Under the pieces are notes generated by a model that was given only the letters and a program-made list of their open reading frames with translations, was not told where the DNA came from and made no database searches. A DNA stretch of 64,000 nt, taken from NCBI GenBank assembly GCA_964409365.1, contig CAYPCX010000001.1, positions 202,075 through 266,074 on the forward strand, written 5' to 3'. The position numbers and the translations under genes were made by a program. The DNA is from an uncultured Planctomycetia bacterium. Its GTDB lineage: Bacteria; Omnitrophota; Gorgyraeia; Tantalellales; Tantalellaceae. Of the stretch, positions 55,964 to 64,000 are shown piece after piece (within the stretch, counting starts at the first letter, position 1; every line of letters starts with the position of its first letter).

Positions 55964-56992
55964 TTAGATAAGGTATTCTTCGAATTCATCCGCGTTCACC
56001 ATGACCGGTCCCGTCAGGCAGTCATCCCCGAAGATATCTCCCGTGACCGGCGACAATTCCGCCAAGAGCCGCGAACCTTTGGTTTCCACCGTCATCTGAA
56101 CGGAACCGTCAGAGCGGTATACCACGCTTTTTTCTTTCGCCCCCCTGACCACGCCGTGCACCTTCTTTTTAACGACTTCTTCCTTTTCGGCGTAATTTTC
56201 GAGCGTAGTCCCGGAATCTATGACAACGCCGTAGATCTTAGCGGCGAGGTTCCTGTAAGCGTCAGCACGGGCGGCGCGTTTCGCGGAAACAAGAATCTCG
56301 GCGCCGAACATCTCAAGATATTCTTTTTCGCTGATAACATGCGGAGCGGGCAGTATTTCTTTATTCGGGGCGAAACCTGTACCTTCCGCGCTCAGGACGG
56401 TCTTTTTCCAGGGAGAGATCTCTCTTTCCTCGTTCTTTTTTACCACGGCTGATTTATCCGGGTCGCTGACGCTGCTCAGCACTACGGAGTTCTGCGCGAC
56501 AGCTACGCGTGTCAGGGACTTTTGCTTCCGTGAGGTGACCTTGTATCTGGTGCCTCTGGCGCCGCAGGTGGCGTTGGGAGTGCGTATCTCAAACTCTGAT
56601 CCGCGGGGAAGGTCTGCCAGCGATGAAAGGACCGTCCCGTCGATCAGTTCTATTTTCTCGCCGTCTTTCAGTTTCAGGACCACAAAGGTATCGGGCTGGA
56701 CCTTCACCACGTTGCTTTTTTTATCGTTGAAAGCTAATTCCGCCGAAGACAGCTCATTCGTTCTGATACTATCGCCGGTCCGCAGGGTCATACCTTCACG
56801 GGCGTCTTTCCAGACGGTATGGCCGCTTGGGAGCACCTTCACGGTGCCTGAGATGTTGAACACCAGGACAGAAGAGGAGCTTTCAGCAGGTTCGGCGAAA
56901 CACGGGAAGGTGAAAGAAAGACAGAAGACCAGGAGTGACGCCAAAGTTCTCAGGCAGATATTTTTAATTTTCATAAGCATATACATAGACAC
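55964..56992 (-). CDS. FecR-domain protein with a C-terminal LPP20-like domain
   Basis: Signal peptide. FecR-like core (GTVKVLPSG...EFEIRTPNATCGARGTRYKV). The C-terminus (ARADAYRNLAAKIYGVV...) resembles the N-domain of the 53814 lipoprotein. Confidence 0.6.
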   Translation of the reverse strand: MSMYMLMKIKNICLRTLASLLVFCLSFTFPCFAEPAESSSSVLVFNISGTVKVLPSGHTVWKDAREGMTLRTGDSIRTNELSSAELAFNDKKSNVVKVQPDTFVVLKLKDGEKIELIDGTVLSSLADLPRGSEFEIRTPNATCGARGTRYKVTSRKQKSLTRVAVAQNSVVLSSVSDPDKSAVVKKNEEREISPWKKTVLSAEGTGFAPNKEILPAPHVISEKEYLEMFGAEILVSAKRAARADAYRNLAAKIYGVVIDSGTTLENYAEKEEVVKKKVHGVVRGAKEKSVVYRSDGSVQMTVETKGSRLLAELSPVTGDIFGDDCLTGPVMVNADEFEEYLI

Positions 56993-57938
56993 CGTCCACC
57001 AACTGGTAGTCCGAAAGGTGATGATCGGCCCAGCCGCATATCTGGTCGGGGGTCAGGGTATGCCAGGACCCGTAAAAACCGCGGTAGTAAGGGAAGTCAT
57101 AGTAGTTTCTGTACATCACATAGTACTTGTACTTTTCCCGTTCTTTGTCATTTGCCTTTGTCGCGGCCAGATATTCCATCTTTGACGATATTTCCTTGTC
57201 AGCTGAAGCGCGCATCGTCTTCTGGGCCTCGACGCTTATCTTTCCGGGGCCCGCCACGCTTTCGCCGTAAGGTTCCCATCCCGGCGGGGGAGGGGTGTGC
57301 CCTTTTCTGATGTATCCGAAGTTCTTGGCCATCAGGGAATATTCCCCGTACAGTTCCATATTGCCGGTCTTTCTGGCCAGTTCCGCGAACGCGGCGGCGG
57401 CGGCGCCGGATCCCGAAGAGAGCACGGTCTTTTTTGCCGCGGCCAGGTATTTTTCAAGCATTTCCTTTTTTTCGATCTTGTGAAGAGCTTCAGTGGCCTC
57501 CAGAAGGCCCCTCCAGTCCTTTTTATCACGGGCGATCTTGAAAGCGGCCTTAAGGGCTGAGACCGCCTTGTTCTTTACCGCAAGGCTTTCGGGAAGGCTT
57601 GCGTAGGAGTACGAGGCCGCGACAAGCCCCCGCCAGTCCCGCCGTGACAAGGCTATCCTGCGGGCTTTATCTAAGGGGGAGACGGATCTTCTGGGTTTCC
57701 CCAGGGCGGAGAAGGCATTACCCGTGTCGACAAGTCCCTTCCAGTTCTTTGCTTTAGCGGCGTAAGCGGCGCTTTTGGAAAAATGGTCCAGGGCACTGCG
57801 GGTATCGTTCCGTCCGGCGGCGAGATATCCTCTTGCCAGAGCGTCTTCCATTTTCTGGAGGTCCGCATCAGCGGCAAGGACGGACGTACCGAAGACAAGA
57901 AGCAAGAAACATGTAAAAAAGAGTTTGTTCATTTTCAA
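56964..57938 (-). CDS. Secreted helical-repeat protein (W-[KR]-G-L repeats)
   Basis: Signal peptide. Repeated NWKGLVDTGNAFSALG / DWRGLVAASYSYASL / DWRGLLEATEALHKI units. It overlaps the FecR gene start by 29 nt. Confidence 0.5.
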   Translation of the reverse strand: MKMNKLFFTCFLLLVFGTSVLAADADLQKMEDALARGYLAAGRNDTRSALDHFSKSAAYAAKAKNWKGLVDTGNAFSALGKPRRSVSPLDKARRIALSRRDWRGLVAASYSYASLPESLAVKNKAVSALKAAFKIARDKKDWRGLLEATEALHKIEKKEMLEKYLAAAKKTVLSSGSGAAAAAFAELARKTGNMELYGEYSLMAKNFGYIRKGHTPPPPGWEPYGESVAGPGKISVEAQKTMRASADKEISSKMEYLAATKANDKEREKYKYYVMYRNYYDFPYYRGFYGSWHTLTPDQICGWADHHLSDYQLVDGVYVYAYEN

Positions 57939-57957
57939 ATTTATTATAAAATTTAAT

Positions 57958-58638
57958 ATGAAAATAGTAAATCAAAAAGTTACAACAGCTAAAACTATGG
58001 GATTAGAAGGCGCGATCAAAAAAAAGTTCGATGCTTGGACTTTGGGGCTAAACCGGGAAGAAAGCCTTATCAGGATATTCGAAAAAGTAAGGGATATACC
58101 GTTCGCCGTGGACAATGAACTTTTCGATCTTGAAAAAGGCCCTGTCAGGATGCTTGAGCGCAATAAAGGTTTTTGCGTCCCGAAGCATTATCTCCTGGGG
58201 ATGATGTTCCATGAGCTGGGCGTTCCGGTGAAGTACTGCACCTATGCTTTCAACTGGGGCGAACAGAGGATCGATTATCCCGAGCGGCTGAAGGAGCTGG
58301 CCCGGAGAATACCGGCCACATACCATCTGGCATGCAGGGCTTTTCTCGGCGGCAAATGGGTGTTCATAGACGCTACATGGGACCCGCCCCTCAAGAAAGC
58401 CGCTTTTGATGTGAACGAGAACTGGGACGGCAGGAGCGATATGGCGAATGCCGTAAAGCCTTTAGATGAGTTTGTCCATGAGGATGCTTCGGAAAGAGAA
58501 AAGGCGTTCGGCGAAAAACTAAAGAATTACACCCTGTCCGAAAAACTTGAACTTTCCAGGTTTTCCATAGAGCTTAACAGATGGCTTGAGGAAGTCAGGT
58601 CTCAGGCCCCAGGTCGCAGGCCTGGGGGACAAGCGTGA
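57958..58638 (+). CDS. Transglutaminase-like (papain-fold Cys-His-Asp) domain protein
   Basis: GFCVPKHYLL catalytic Cys context, with the downstream H and D (FIDATWD). The ATG at 57958 is chosen so as not to overlap the convergent gene. Confidence 0.55.
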   Translation: MKIVNQKVTTAKTMGLEGAIKKKFDAWTLGLNREESLIRIFEKVRDIPFAVDNELFDLEKGPVRMLERNKGFCVPKHYLLGMMFHELGVPVKYCTYAFNWGEQRIDYPERLKELARRIPATYHLACRAFLGGKWVFIDATWDPPLKKAAFDVNENWDGRSDMANAVKPLDEFVHEDASEREKAFGEKLKNYTLSEKLELSRFSIELNRWLEEVRSQAPGRRPGGQA

Positions 58639-58676
58639 AGCCATATTGTATTTTTAGTCCATTCATGATAGACTTT

Positions 58677-58707
58677 CACCTGAAACCTGAGACTTGAAAC
58701 TTGAAAC
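58677..58707. repeat. Pyrimidine-strand half of the CCTGAAA heptamer element
   Basis: cacctgaaacctgagacttgaaacttgaaac. No CAGGT partner lies upstream. Confidence 0.4.
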
Positions 58708-58724
58708 TTTTCCCGGAGGTGTTC

Positions 58725-59372
58725 GTGATAGATCTGCATACACACACGCTTTTGAGTGACGGAGACCTTCTTCCGAGCGAGCTTGTGAGGCGCGCGTATG
58801 TCGCGGGCTGCAAAGCGATAGCCCTTACTGACCACGTGGACCGGTCGAATATAGACACCGTACTGCACGGACTGGCGGAAGCGTCGAGGACACTGAACAA
58901 ATACTGGGATATCCTGGTTCTACCCGGCGTGGAGATCACCCATGTGCCTGTCGAGACCTTTGCCGAACTTGCCAGGCATGCAAGGAAAAAAGGCGCTAAG
59001 ATAGTCGTGGGGCACGGGGAGTCCCCGGTCGAGCCTGTGATACCGGGCACCAACAGGGCCGCGATAGAGGCCGGGGTGGATATACTGGCGCACCCCGGGT
59101 TCATCAGCGAAGAAGATGCCCGCCTGGCCGCGGAGAAGGGGGTATGCCTTGAGATAACCTCCCGCGAAGGCCATTCGGAGACCAACAGGCACGTATTCGA
59201 CATGGCCATGAGGACGGGCGCTAAACTGGTCATTAATACCGATTCCCATTCGCCGGATGACATCCTTACTCCTGAACGAAGAGAGGATATACTTTCTTCC
59301 CTGACGGATTCGGTCAGCATCAAGTCCGACATAATACGCAACTCTGAGGAGCTTGTGGAGCGGGTCAGGTAG
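58725..59372 (+). CDS. PHP-domain metal-dependent phosphoesterase
   Basis: GTG start after GGAGG. IDLHTHT...DHVD...HP...D..H PHP motifs. Length is about 215 aa. Confidence 0.65.
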   Translation: MIDLHTHTLLSDGDLLPSELVRRAYVAGCKAIALTDHVDRSNIDTVLHGLAEASRTLNKYWDILVLPGVEITHVPVETFAELARHARKKGAKIVVGHGESPVEPVIPGTNRAAIEAGVDILAHPGFISEEDARLAAEKGVCLEITSREGHSETNRHVFDMAMRTGAKLVINTDSHSPDDILTPERREDILSSLTDSVSIKSDIIRNSEELVERVR

Positions 59373-59433
59373 AATTGTTAACTTTTAATTGATGTTCAGT
59401 TCTCTTAACACACGATTTTTGAATGTTTCAGCC

Positions 59434-59461
59434 TTGACACAGTAGGATAACATGCTATACT
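59434..59461 (+). promoter_or_regulatory. Sigma70 consensus promoter (TTGACA - 16 nt - TATACT) with an about 250-nt leader
   Basis: It lies about 255 nt upstream of the outer-membrane protein gene. The leader contains a GAACAGGCttgcCTGTTC hairpin. Confidence 0.4.
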
Positions 59462-59715
59462 TTCATCCAAATGTTATGTCCGTAGATGTATCTATATAAT
59501 AGATATGTTTACGGAAAGTTCTTTTTTATAATTGTCTTCAAGGTACCGCCGAGGCAGTTTCAATCCTGGCAAAGAAAGGGGGGAGGAAACTAAGGTCCGA
59601 GTGGACCAGCCGGAAGCTGTCAACCATTCAAGGCGATACTTATATAAAAAACAAAAAGAACAGGCTTGCCTGTTCGTTAAAATATGATAGTTCTATTACC
59701 TTTTAAGGAGGTAAG

Positions 59716-61209
59716 ATGAGATTATTGAAGGTACTATGCGTAATGGCTCTTGTTATCGCTGTGTCAGCGATAGCCTACGCCGAAACGCAGAGTGTGAAGG
59801 TAAGCGGCGACATAACGCTGCGTACTTTTGCGAGAGACAATTATGACCTGGACAACAACGATCCCAACGACGTTATGACCGGTGAAGAATCGACCGACTG
59901 GGCGACATACCTGACGAGCACCGCGGAGATCCAGATCGATGCCGATCTTACTGACAACGTTTCCGGCGTTATCAGGATCATCAACCAGAGAGTATGGGGC
60001 AACCTGAACTATGAGAGCGCCAACAACCAGAACCGTGAAGAGCTTGGTTCGACGGCCTCCGGTTACACGCCGTTCAGGGACACCGTCGTCAACAGAGCGA
60101 TGGCCCCCGGCACCGATGCGTTCGACATCGAGATCGATCTGGCTTACATCGAGCTGAAAGAGTTCCTGTACTCGCCCCTCACGCTGAGGATAGGCCGTCA
60201 GGACCTCTGGTTCGGCCGCGGCTTCATCATCGGGGCCAACCTGCAGGACAACCAGCTCGCACTGTACGCGACCGAGTACACGGCCGTTCAGTCCTTCGAC
60301 GCCATAAGGGCGACACTGGACTATGATCCGTGGACGATCGACGCCGTTTTCGCGAAGATCGGTGAGAATCACAGAAGAGCCGATGATGACAGGAACCTCT
60401 GGGGCGTGAACGTCGGTTACGTCTTCGACAGCTACAACGCCGAAGCCGAAGCCTACTGGTGGTATTCGCAGGAAAGATACTGCGGTACGGCCGACAACGC
60501 CACCACAGAGATCAGCGTCATCAACAGCCACGACTCCAACGACATACACTGTGTCGGTGGCCGCGGCAGCTTCGACCCGATAGAGGACTGGACGATCGCC
60601 CTCGAAGGCGCTTACCAGTTCGGCGAATATCTGGGCGCGATCAACCAGCAGGAACTGAGAAGAAGAAGCGCATGGGCGCTCGATGCGATGATCGAATGCC
60701 GTTACTGGCAGGATGATTTCGCGTGGAGACCCGTCATCGGCGCCGAATACATATTCTACTCAGGCGAGCCGAACATCGGCAACGTGAACCCGGCGGATTC
60801 CGGCACCTACAAGGGCTGGGACCCGATGTTCAGGGGCAAGTTCGACACCGCGATCCGCGAGTTCCAGAACGTGTTCTACGCGACGCGTATGCAGAGCTGC
60901 CCGTCCTACACCAACCAGCACCAGATACTGGTGAGGGGCCAGGTGGAACCGACGGACAGCCTTACGTTCAAGGCCCTGTATGGCCACTTTTGGCTCGTAG
61001 AGGCATGGACGACGCAGAGCCAGAGAGCACCTGAGAACAGGCAGAAGAACGTGGGCGACGAAGTCGACCTTCAGCTGATATGGGATTATACCGAGGACGT
61101 GCAGTTCAGCTTGCTGACCGCATGGTTCTTCCCCGGTGACCATTTCTCCAGTGAAGAAGGTCATGACACTGCCACCGACATCGTCGGTTCAGTGAAGCTC
61201 AGCTTCTAA
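59716..61209 (+). CDS. Outer-membrane beta-barrel protein (porin/export-channel-like)
   Basis: Signal peptide, alternating amphipathic beta strands and a C-terminal ...VKLSF with terminal Phe. Confidence 0.6.
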   Translation: MRLLKVLCVMALVIAVSAIAYAETQSVKVSGDITLRTFARDNYDLDNNDPNDVMTGEESTDWATYLTSTAEIQIDADLTDNVSGVIRIINQRVWGNLNYESANNQNREELGSTASGYTPFRDTVVNRAMAPGTDAFDIEIDLAYIELKEFLYSPLTLRIGRQDLWFGRGFIIGANLQDNQLALYATEYTAVQSFDAIRATLDYDPWTIDAVFAKIGENHRRADDDRNLWGVNVGYVFDSYNAEAEAYWWYSQERYCGTADNATTEISVINSHDSNDIHCVGGRGSFDPIEDWTIALEGAYQFGEYLGAINQQELRRRSAWALDAMIECRYWQDDFAWRPVIGAEYIFYSGEPNIGNVNPADSGTYKGWDPMFRGKFDTAIREFQNVFYATRMQSCPSYTNQHQILVRGQVEPTDSLTFKALYGHFWLVEAWTTQSQRAPENRQKNVGDEVDLQLIWDYTEDVQFSLLTAWFFPGDHFSSEEGHDTATDIVGSVKLSF

Positions 61210-61233
61210 GTGTATAATACAGCATAGCAATGA

Positions 61234-61271
61234 AGCCCCGGTCCGGTTAATCCGGACCGGGGCTTTTTTTT
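61234..61271 (+). terminator. Rho-independent terminator
   Basis: AGCCCCGGTCCGG-ttaat-CCGGACCGGGGCT followed by TTTTTTT. Confidence 0.7.
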
Positions 61272-61385
61272 ACCCCGCCGAATAACATTGACTTTTAGCA
61301 CATAATCTTTAGAATATATTTATTAATATAACTACTTTATAAAATTTAAGGGTATCTGTTTCGCCGTAAAGAAAGGAATGGCCCG

Positions 61386-61685
61386 ATGACCAGAGGCAAA
61401 ATGTATTCCATGATCTCTTACGTTTGGCTCCTCTGTCTGATACCGCTCCTTGCCGAGAAAAAGGACGAGGACGTGAGATTTCATGCCAGGCAGGGGCTGA
61501 CGCTTTTTATCGTCGAGGTCGGCGTGAGCGTACTGGGCATAATACCTTTTCTTGGCGGTATGATATTCAAGTTCGGCACGTTTGTCTGCGGGTTGCTCTC
61601 CATCGCCGGTATAATCCAGGTGTTAAGGGGCAAGAAGTGGAAGATGCCCGTTATCGGGGACTGGGCCGAACAGTTGACAATATAG
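61386..61685 (+). CDS. DUF4870-like small membrane protein
   Basis: Two TM helices flanking the conserved FHARQGL motif. Length is 99 aa. Confidence 0.5.
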   Translation: MTRGKMYSMISYVWLLCLIPLLAEKKDEDVRFHARQGLTLFIVEVGVSVLGIIPFLGGMIFKFGTFVCGLLSIAGIIQVLRGKKWKMPVIGDWAEQLTI

Positions 61686-61700
61686 ACATAAGGAAATTTT

Positions 61701-62534
61701 GTGAATCGGCTGGGAAGGGTTTTAATAATATCCCTGATCATAGCTGTAATAGTCGTTGCGTTCGGGACATCCTTTTTTTTCTGGATAAAAAGACCTGTTA
61801 CGGGAAAAGGCCACGAAGTGGTAAGGAATTTCCCGTTCGCGTCGCTTAAAAGCCTTGATGAGTGGGATGAAAGGGCGCTGGTCCGGAAGGAAACAAAGTA
61901 CGTCTTGACCAACAACGACGGGCGGAAATGCGTCAAGGCGTTCAGCGAGGATTCGGCATCCGCGCTTTACGTCAAACAGCGCCTTTCACACGAAAGGCCG
62001 ATCTTTGTCAGCTGGGACTGGAAAGCCGAAAAGTTCCCCCTGAGAAGAGACGAAGAGACCCTGGAAGAGAAAGACGAGTTCGATTTCGTGGCCCAGGTCT
62101 ACGTGATATTCGACGCGAGATATTTTCTCAATTCCAAGGCCATACAATATGTGTGGACAGAGAAGCTCCCGGCCGGCACGGTCGCGACCAGTCCTTACAC
62201 GAAGAACGTGAAGATGCTCGTGCTGGAATCGGGTTCCGCGAACGAGTGGAAGCACGCGGAACGTGATATCCAGAAAGATTACAGGGACCTCTTCGGAGAG
62301 GACCTTGGAAAAGACGTGGTGGCGGTGTCTTTTATGACCGATTCCGACAGCACGGATTCAAGTGCAGCCGCTTATTACGGGAACATTTCCATCGGGTACC
62401 TGGAAACGCCTGAAGGCGGAATGGAAAAAGACAAAAAAACCGGGGAAAACGAATTGTTTTCATTCATATACAAGGTTCCTTTTTTGAAGAAGTTCTTGAA
62501 TGCCAGGGAAAGGGGGCAGCCATCAGATACTTGA
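61701..62534 (+). CDS. DUF3047-like protein (paralog of the 50614 gene)
   Basis: N-terminal TM. W.W+....P......E...D....Y pattern: SWDWKAEKFPLRRDEE...DEFDFVAQVYVIFD. Confidence 0.45.
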   Translation: MNRLGRVLIISLIIAVIVVAFGTSFFFWIKRPVTGKGHEVVRNFPFASLKSLDEWDERALVRKETKYVLTNNDGRKCVKAFSEDSASALYVKQRLSHERPIFVSWDWKAEKFPLRRDEETLEEKDEFDFVAQVYVIFDARYFLNSKAIQYVWTEKLPAGTVATSPYTKNVKMLVLESGSANEWKHAERDIQKDYRDLFGEDLGKDVVAVSFMTDSDSTDSSAAAYYGNISIGYLETPEGGMEKDKKTGENELFSFIYKVPFLKKFLNARERGQPSDT

Positions 62535-62935
62535 ACAGGTCGTTACAGTCAAAATACCTTTTTATAATCATCCTCTCGATGGTGATACCTACGGTCTTTG
62601 TGGGCGGTTGCCTTTATTACTTTATTTTTACCATACTGGCCGAACAGATGGTGCTCCCGGACGTTATAGCCAGGGACCTCCTGCCTGTAGTCAATCATAT
62701 AAACTTCTTTCTCGCGGTAGGTGTGCCGGTGGTTTTCATCGTCCTGATGACCTGGGCCGTGATACTGTCCTATAGATTCGTGGCGCCGCTGGAAAGGCTG
62801 GAAGAAGATATCAAAAGGATCGACGAGGGCGACTATACGGTCCGCCTTCAGATAAACAAGGATCACGATCTGAGCCCCATAGCGGACGTGATAAATGACC
62901 TTGTGGACCAGCTCGAAAAACATACAGGGAAATAG
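62531..62935 (+). CDS. Membrane protein with a HAMP-like domain and no output domain
   Basis: TTG start. Two TM helices, then RFVAPLERLEEDIKRIDEGDYTVRLQ (HAMP-like). Confidence 0.45.
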   Translation: MNRSLQSKYLFIIILSMVIPTVFVGGCLYYFIFTILAEQMVLPDVIARDLLPVVNHINFFLAVGVPVVFIVLMTWAVILSYRFVAPLERLEEDIKRIDEGDYTVRLQINKDHDLSPIADVINDLVDQLEKHTGK

Positions 62936-62936
62936 G

Positions 62937-63731
62937 ATGGGGATACACAAAACCGCGATCGTGTCAAGTTCCGCCGAGATAGACCCGTCGGCCGAGATCG
63001 GGCCGGGCGTCATAGTGGAAGAAGGGGTCGTCATAGGCAAGGACGTCACCCTCATGGCCAACGTTTATATTTTCAAAGGGACGGAGATAGGCGAAGGGAC
63101 GGAAGTGCATATGGGCGCCGTCATAGGGAACGTCCCGCAGGATTACGCCTACAAGGGCGGCAGGACGTACGTGCGGATCGGAAAGAACAATATCATCAGG
63201 GAGTATGTCACCATACACCGGGGCACCGCGGAAGGCTCCGCGACGGTCGTCGGCGATAATAATTACCTGATGGTCCAGTCCCACCTGGGACACAACTGTG
63301 TCATAGAGGATAATGTGGTGATCGCCAACGGGGCCCTGCTCGCGGGGCACGTGTCTGTCGAGAAGGGCGCGTTCATATCGGGCAATGTCGTCTTTCACCA
63401 GTTCTGCCGTGTAGGCCGGTATGCCATGATAGGGGGGTTCAGCGGGGTGAACAAGGATGTCCCGCCGTACATGCTGGTGAGGGGGCCTTCCGCCATAAGG
63501 GGGATCAACCTCGTGGGTCTCAGGCGCGCGCATTTCGGCAGGGAAGCGATAAAAGAGGTGAAAGAGGCGTACAATATATTGTTCCATTCCGATCTTGAGG
63601 TCAGCGAGGCGCTCGAGCGTATCAGGGAAGAATTGAGCTCTGAAGAGATAGGGCATCTGGTGTCTTTTGTGGAAAAATCCAAGCGCGGGATATGCGTGTA
63701 CAGGTACAGCAAGGAACAATATTTCGAGTAA
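62937..63731 (+). CDS. lpxA: Acyl-ACP--UDP-N-acetylglucosamine O-acyltransferase
   Basis: Left-handed beta-helix hexapeptide repeats and the LpxA C-terminal helical domain. The ATG at 62937 is preferred over the ORF-track start. Confidence 0.85.
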   Translation: MGIHKTAIVSSSAEIDPSAEIGPGVIVEEGVVIGKDVTLMANVYIFKGTEIGEGTEVHMGAVIGNVPQDYAYKGGRTYVRIGKNNIIREYVTIHRGTAEGSATVVGDNNYLMVQSHLGHNCVIEDNVVIANGALLAGHVSVEKGAFISGNVVFHQFCRVGRYAMIGGFSGVNKDVPPYMLVRGPSAIRGINLVGLRRAHFGREAIKEVKEAYNILFHSDLEVSEALERIREELSSEEIGHLVSFVEKSKRGICVYRYSKEQYFE

Positions 63732-63782
63732 ACACGAAAAGTGTTTTTGGTCTTTGAACAGTAATAAAGAAAGGAGAAAAGG

Positions 63783-64000
63783 ATGGCCAAGAAGAAAGAT
63801 ATGAGCAACGTCATGGATAAGTACGGGCCTATGCTGAAGAAGTTCGGGGATGAAGTAGGCGAGGTCGCCAAGAAAGGAGAGGAAGGCGTCATAAAGATGT
63901 CTAAGTTCGTCAAGATCCAGCTCGACATGCTGGGTATGTCGCTGCAGAGGGAAAAGCTTTACTATGAGATCGGGAAAGAGGTCTCGGCGAAGCTCCTGAA
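63783..64000 (+). CDS. Hypothetical protein, 3'-truncated at window edge
   Basis: ATG after AAAGGAGAAAAGG. Coiled-coil-like. No family was recognised. Confidence 0.35.
   Translation, partial: MAKKKDMSNVMDKYGPMLKKFGDEVGEVAKKGEEGVIKMSKFVKIQLDMLGMSLQREKLYYEIGKEVSAKLL

Noticed and set aside
57775-57957. An N-terminal extension of the transglutaminase-like ORF.
   Set aside because: It overlaps the convergent minus-strand gene (56964-57938) and lacks an RBS. The ATG at 57958 gives a compact protein.

Overview
This is a gene-dense bacterial chromosomal window of about 55% GC, with nearly all genes on the + strand. The source is probably an uncultivated Gram-negative-type lineage, because it carries lpxA, outer-membrane beta-barrel and CsgG-like lipoprotein genes and an olsBA ornithine-lipid pair. 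The first third is a long anabolic gene string: a partial isocitrate/isopropylmalate-dehydrogenase-family gene, then asd, truA, rplM-rpsI, argC-argJ-argB-argD-argF-argG-argH, lysA-dapF-dapA-dapB, a DapL-like aminotransferase, folK-panC, nadA-nadX. Next come a Na/Pi cotransporter, a CBS-less IMPDH-family gene, dnaE, hup, hisS, aspS, and a Firmicute-like conserved block (phoH-pgpH-ybeY-dgkA...recO-glyQS-ppdK-sigma70). A tRNA-Arg(CCT) follows. Downstream of it lies a roughly 20 kb accessory stretch of hypothetical envelope and secreted proteins. This stretch holds a compact cluster of two pilin-like genes, two CsgG/LPP20-like lipoproteins, and a convergent FecR-LPP20 gene with a W-R-G-L repeat protein gene. 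I consider this cluster the best candidate for an undescribed envelope or secretion module. Non-coding sequence is unusually structured. It contains a conserved REP-like terminator family and heptamer-periodic purine/pyrimidine mirrored hairpins that in places have been absorbed into coding sequence. Two 103-bp palindromic elements bracket argG. An exact 84-bp tandem duplication sits upstream of the IMPDH-like gene. Three tandem 88-bp structured repeats, each starting with the 5' end of the adjacent tRNA-Arg, lie upstream of that tRNA. An array of G/C-mirrored hairpins lies downstream of it. A small AbrB/MazE-like gene plus an overlapping small basic ORF with its own promoter sits between truA and rplM. 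No transposase, integrase or CRISPR was seen. All calls rest on reading the sequence and motif recognition; no searches were run.
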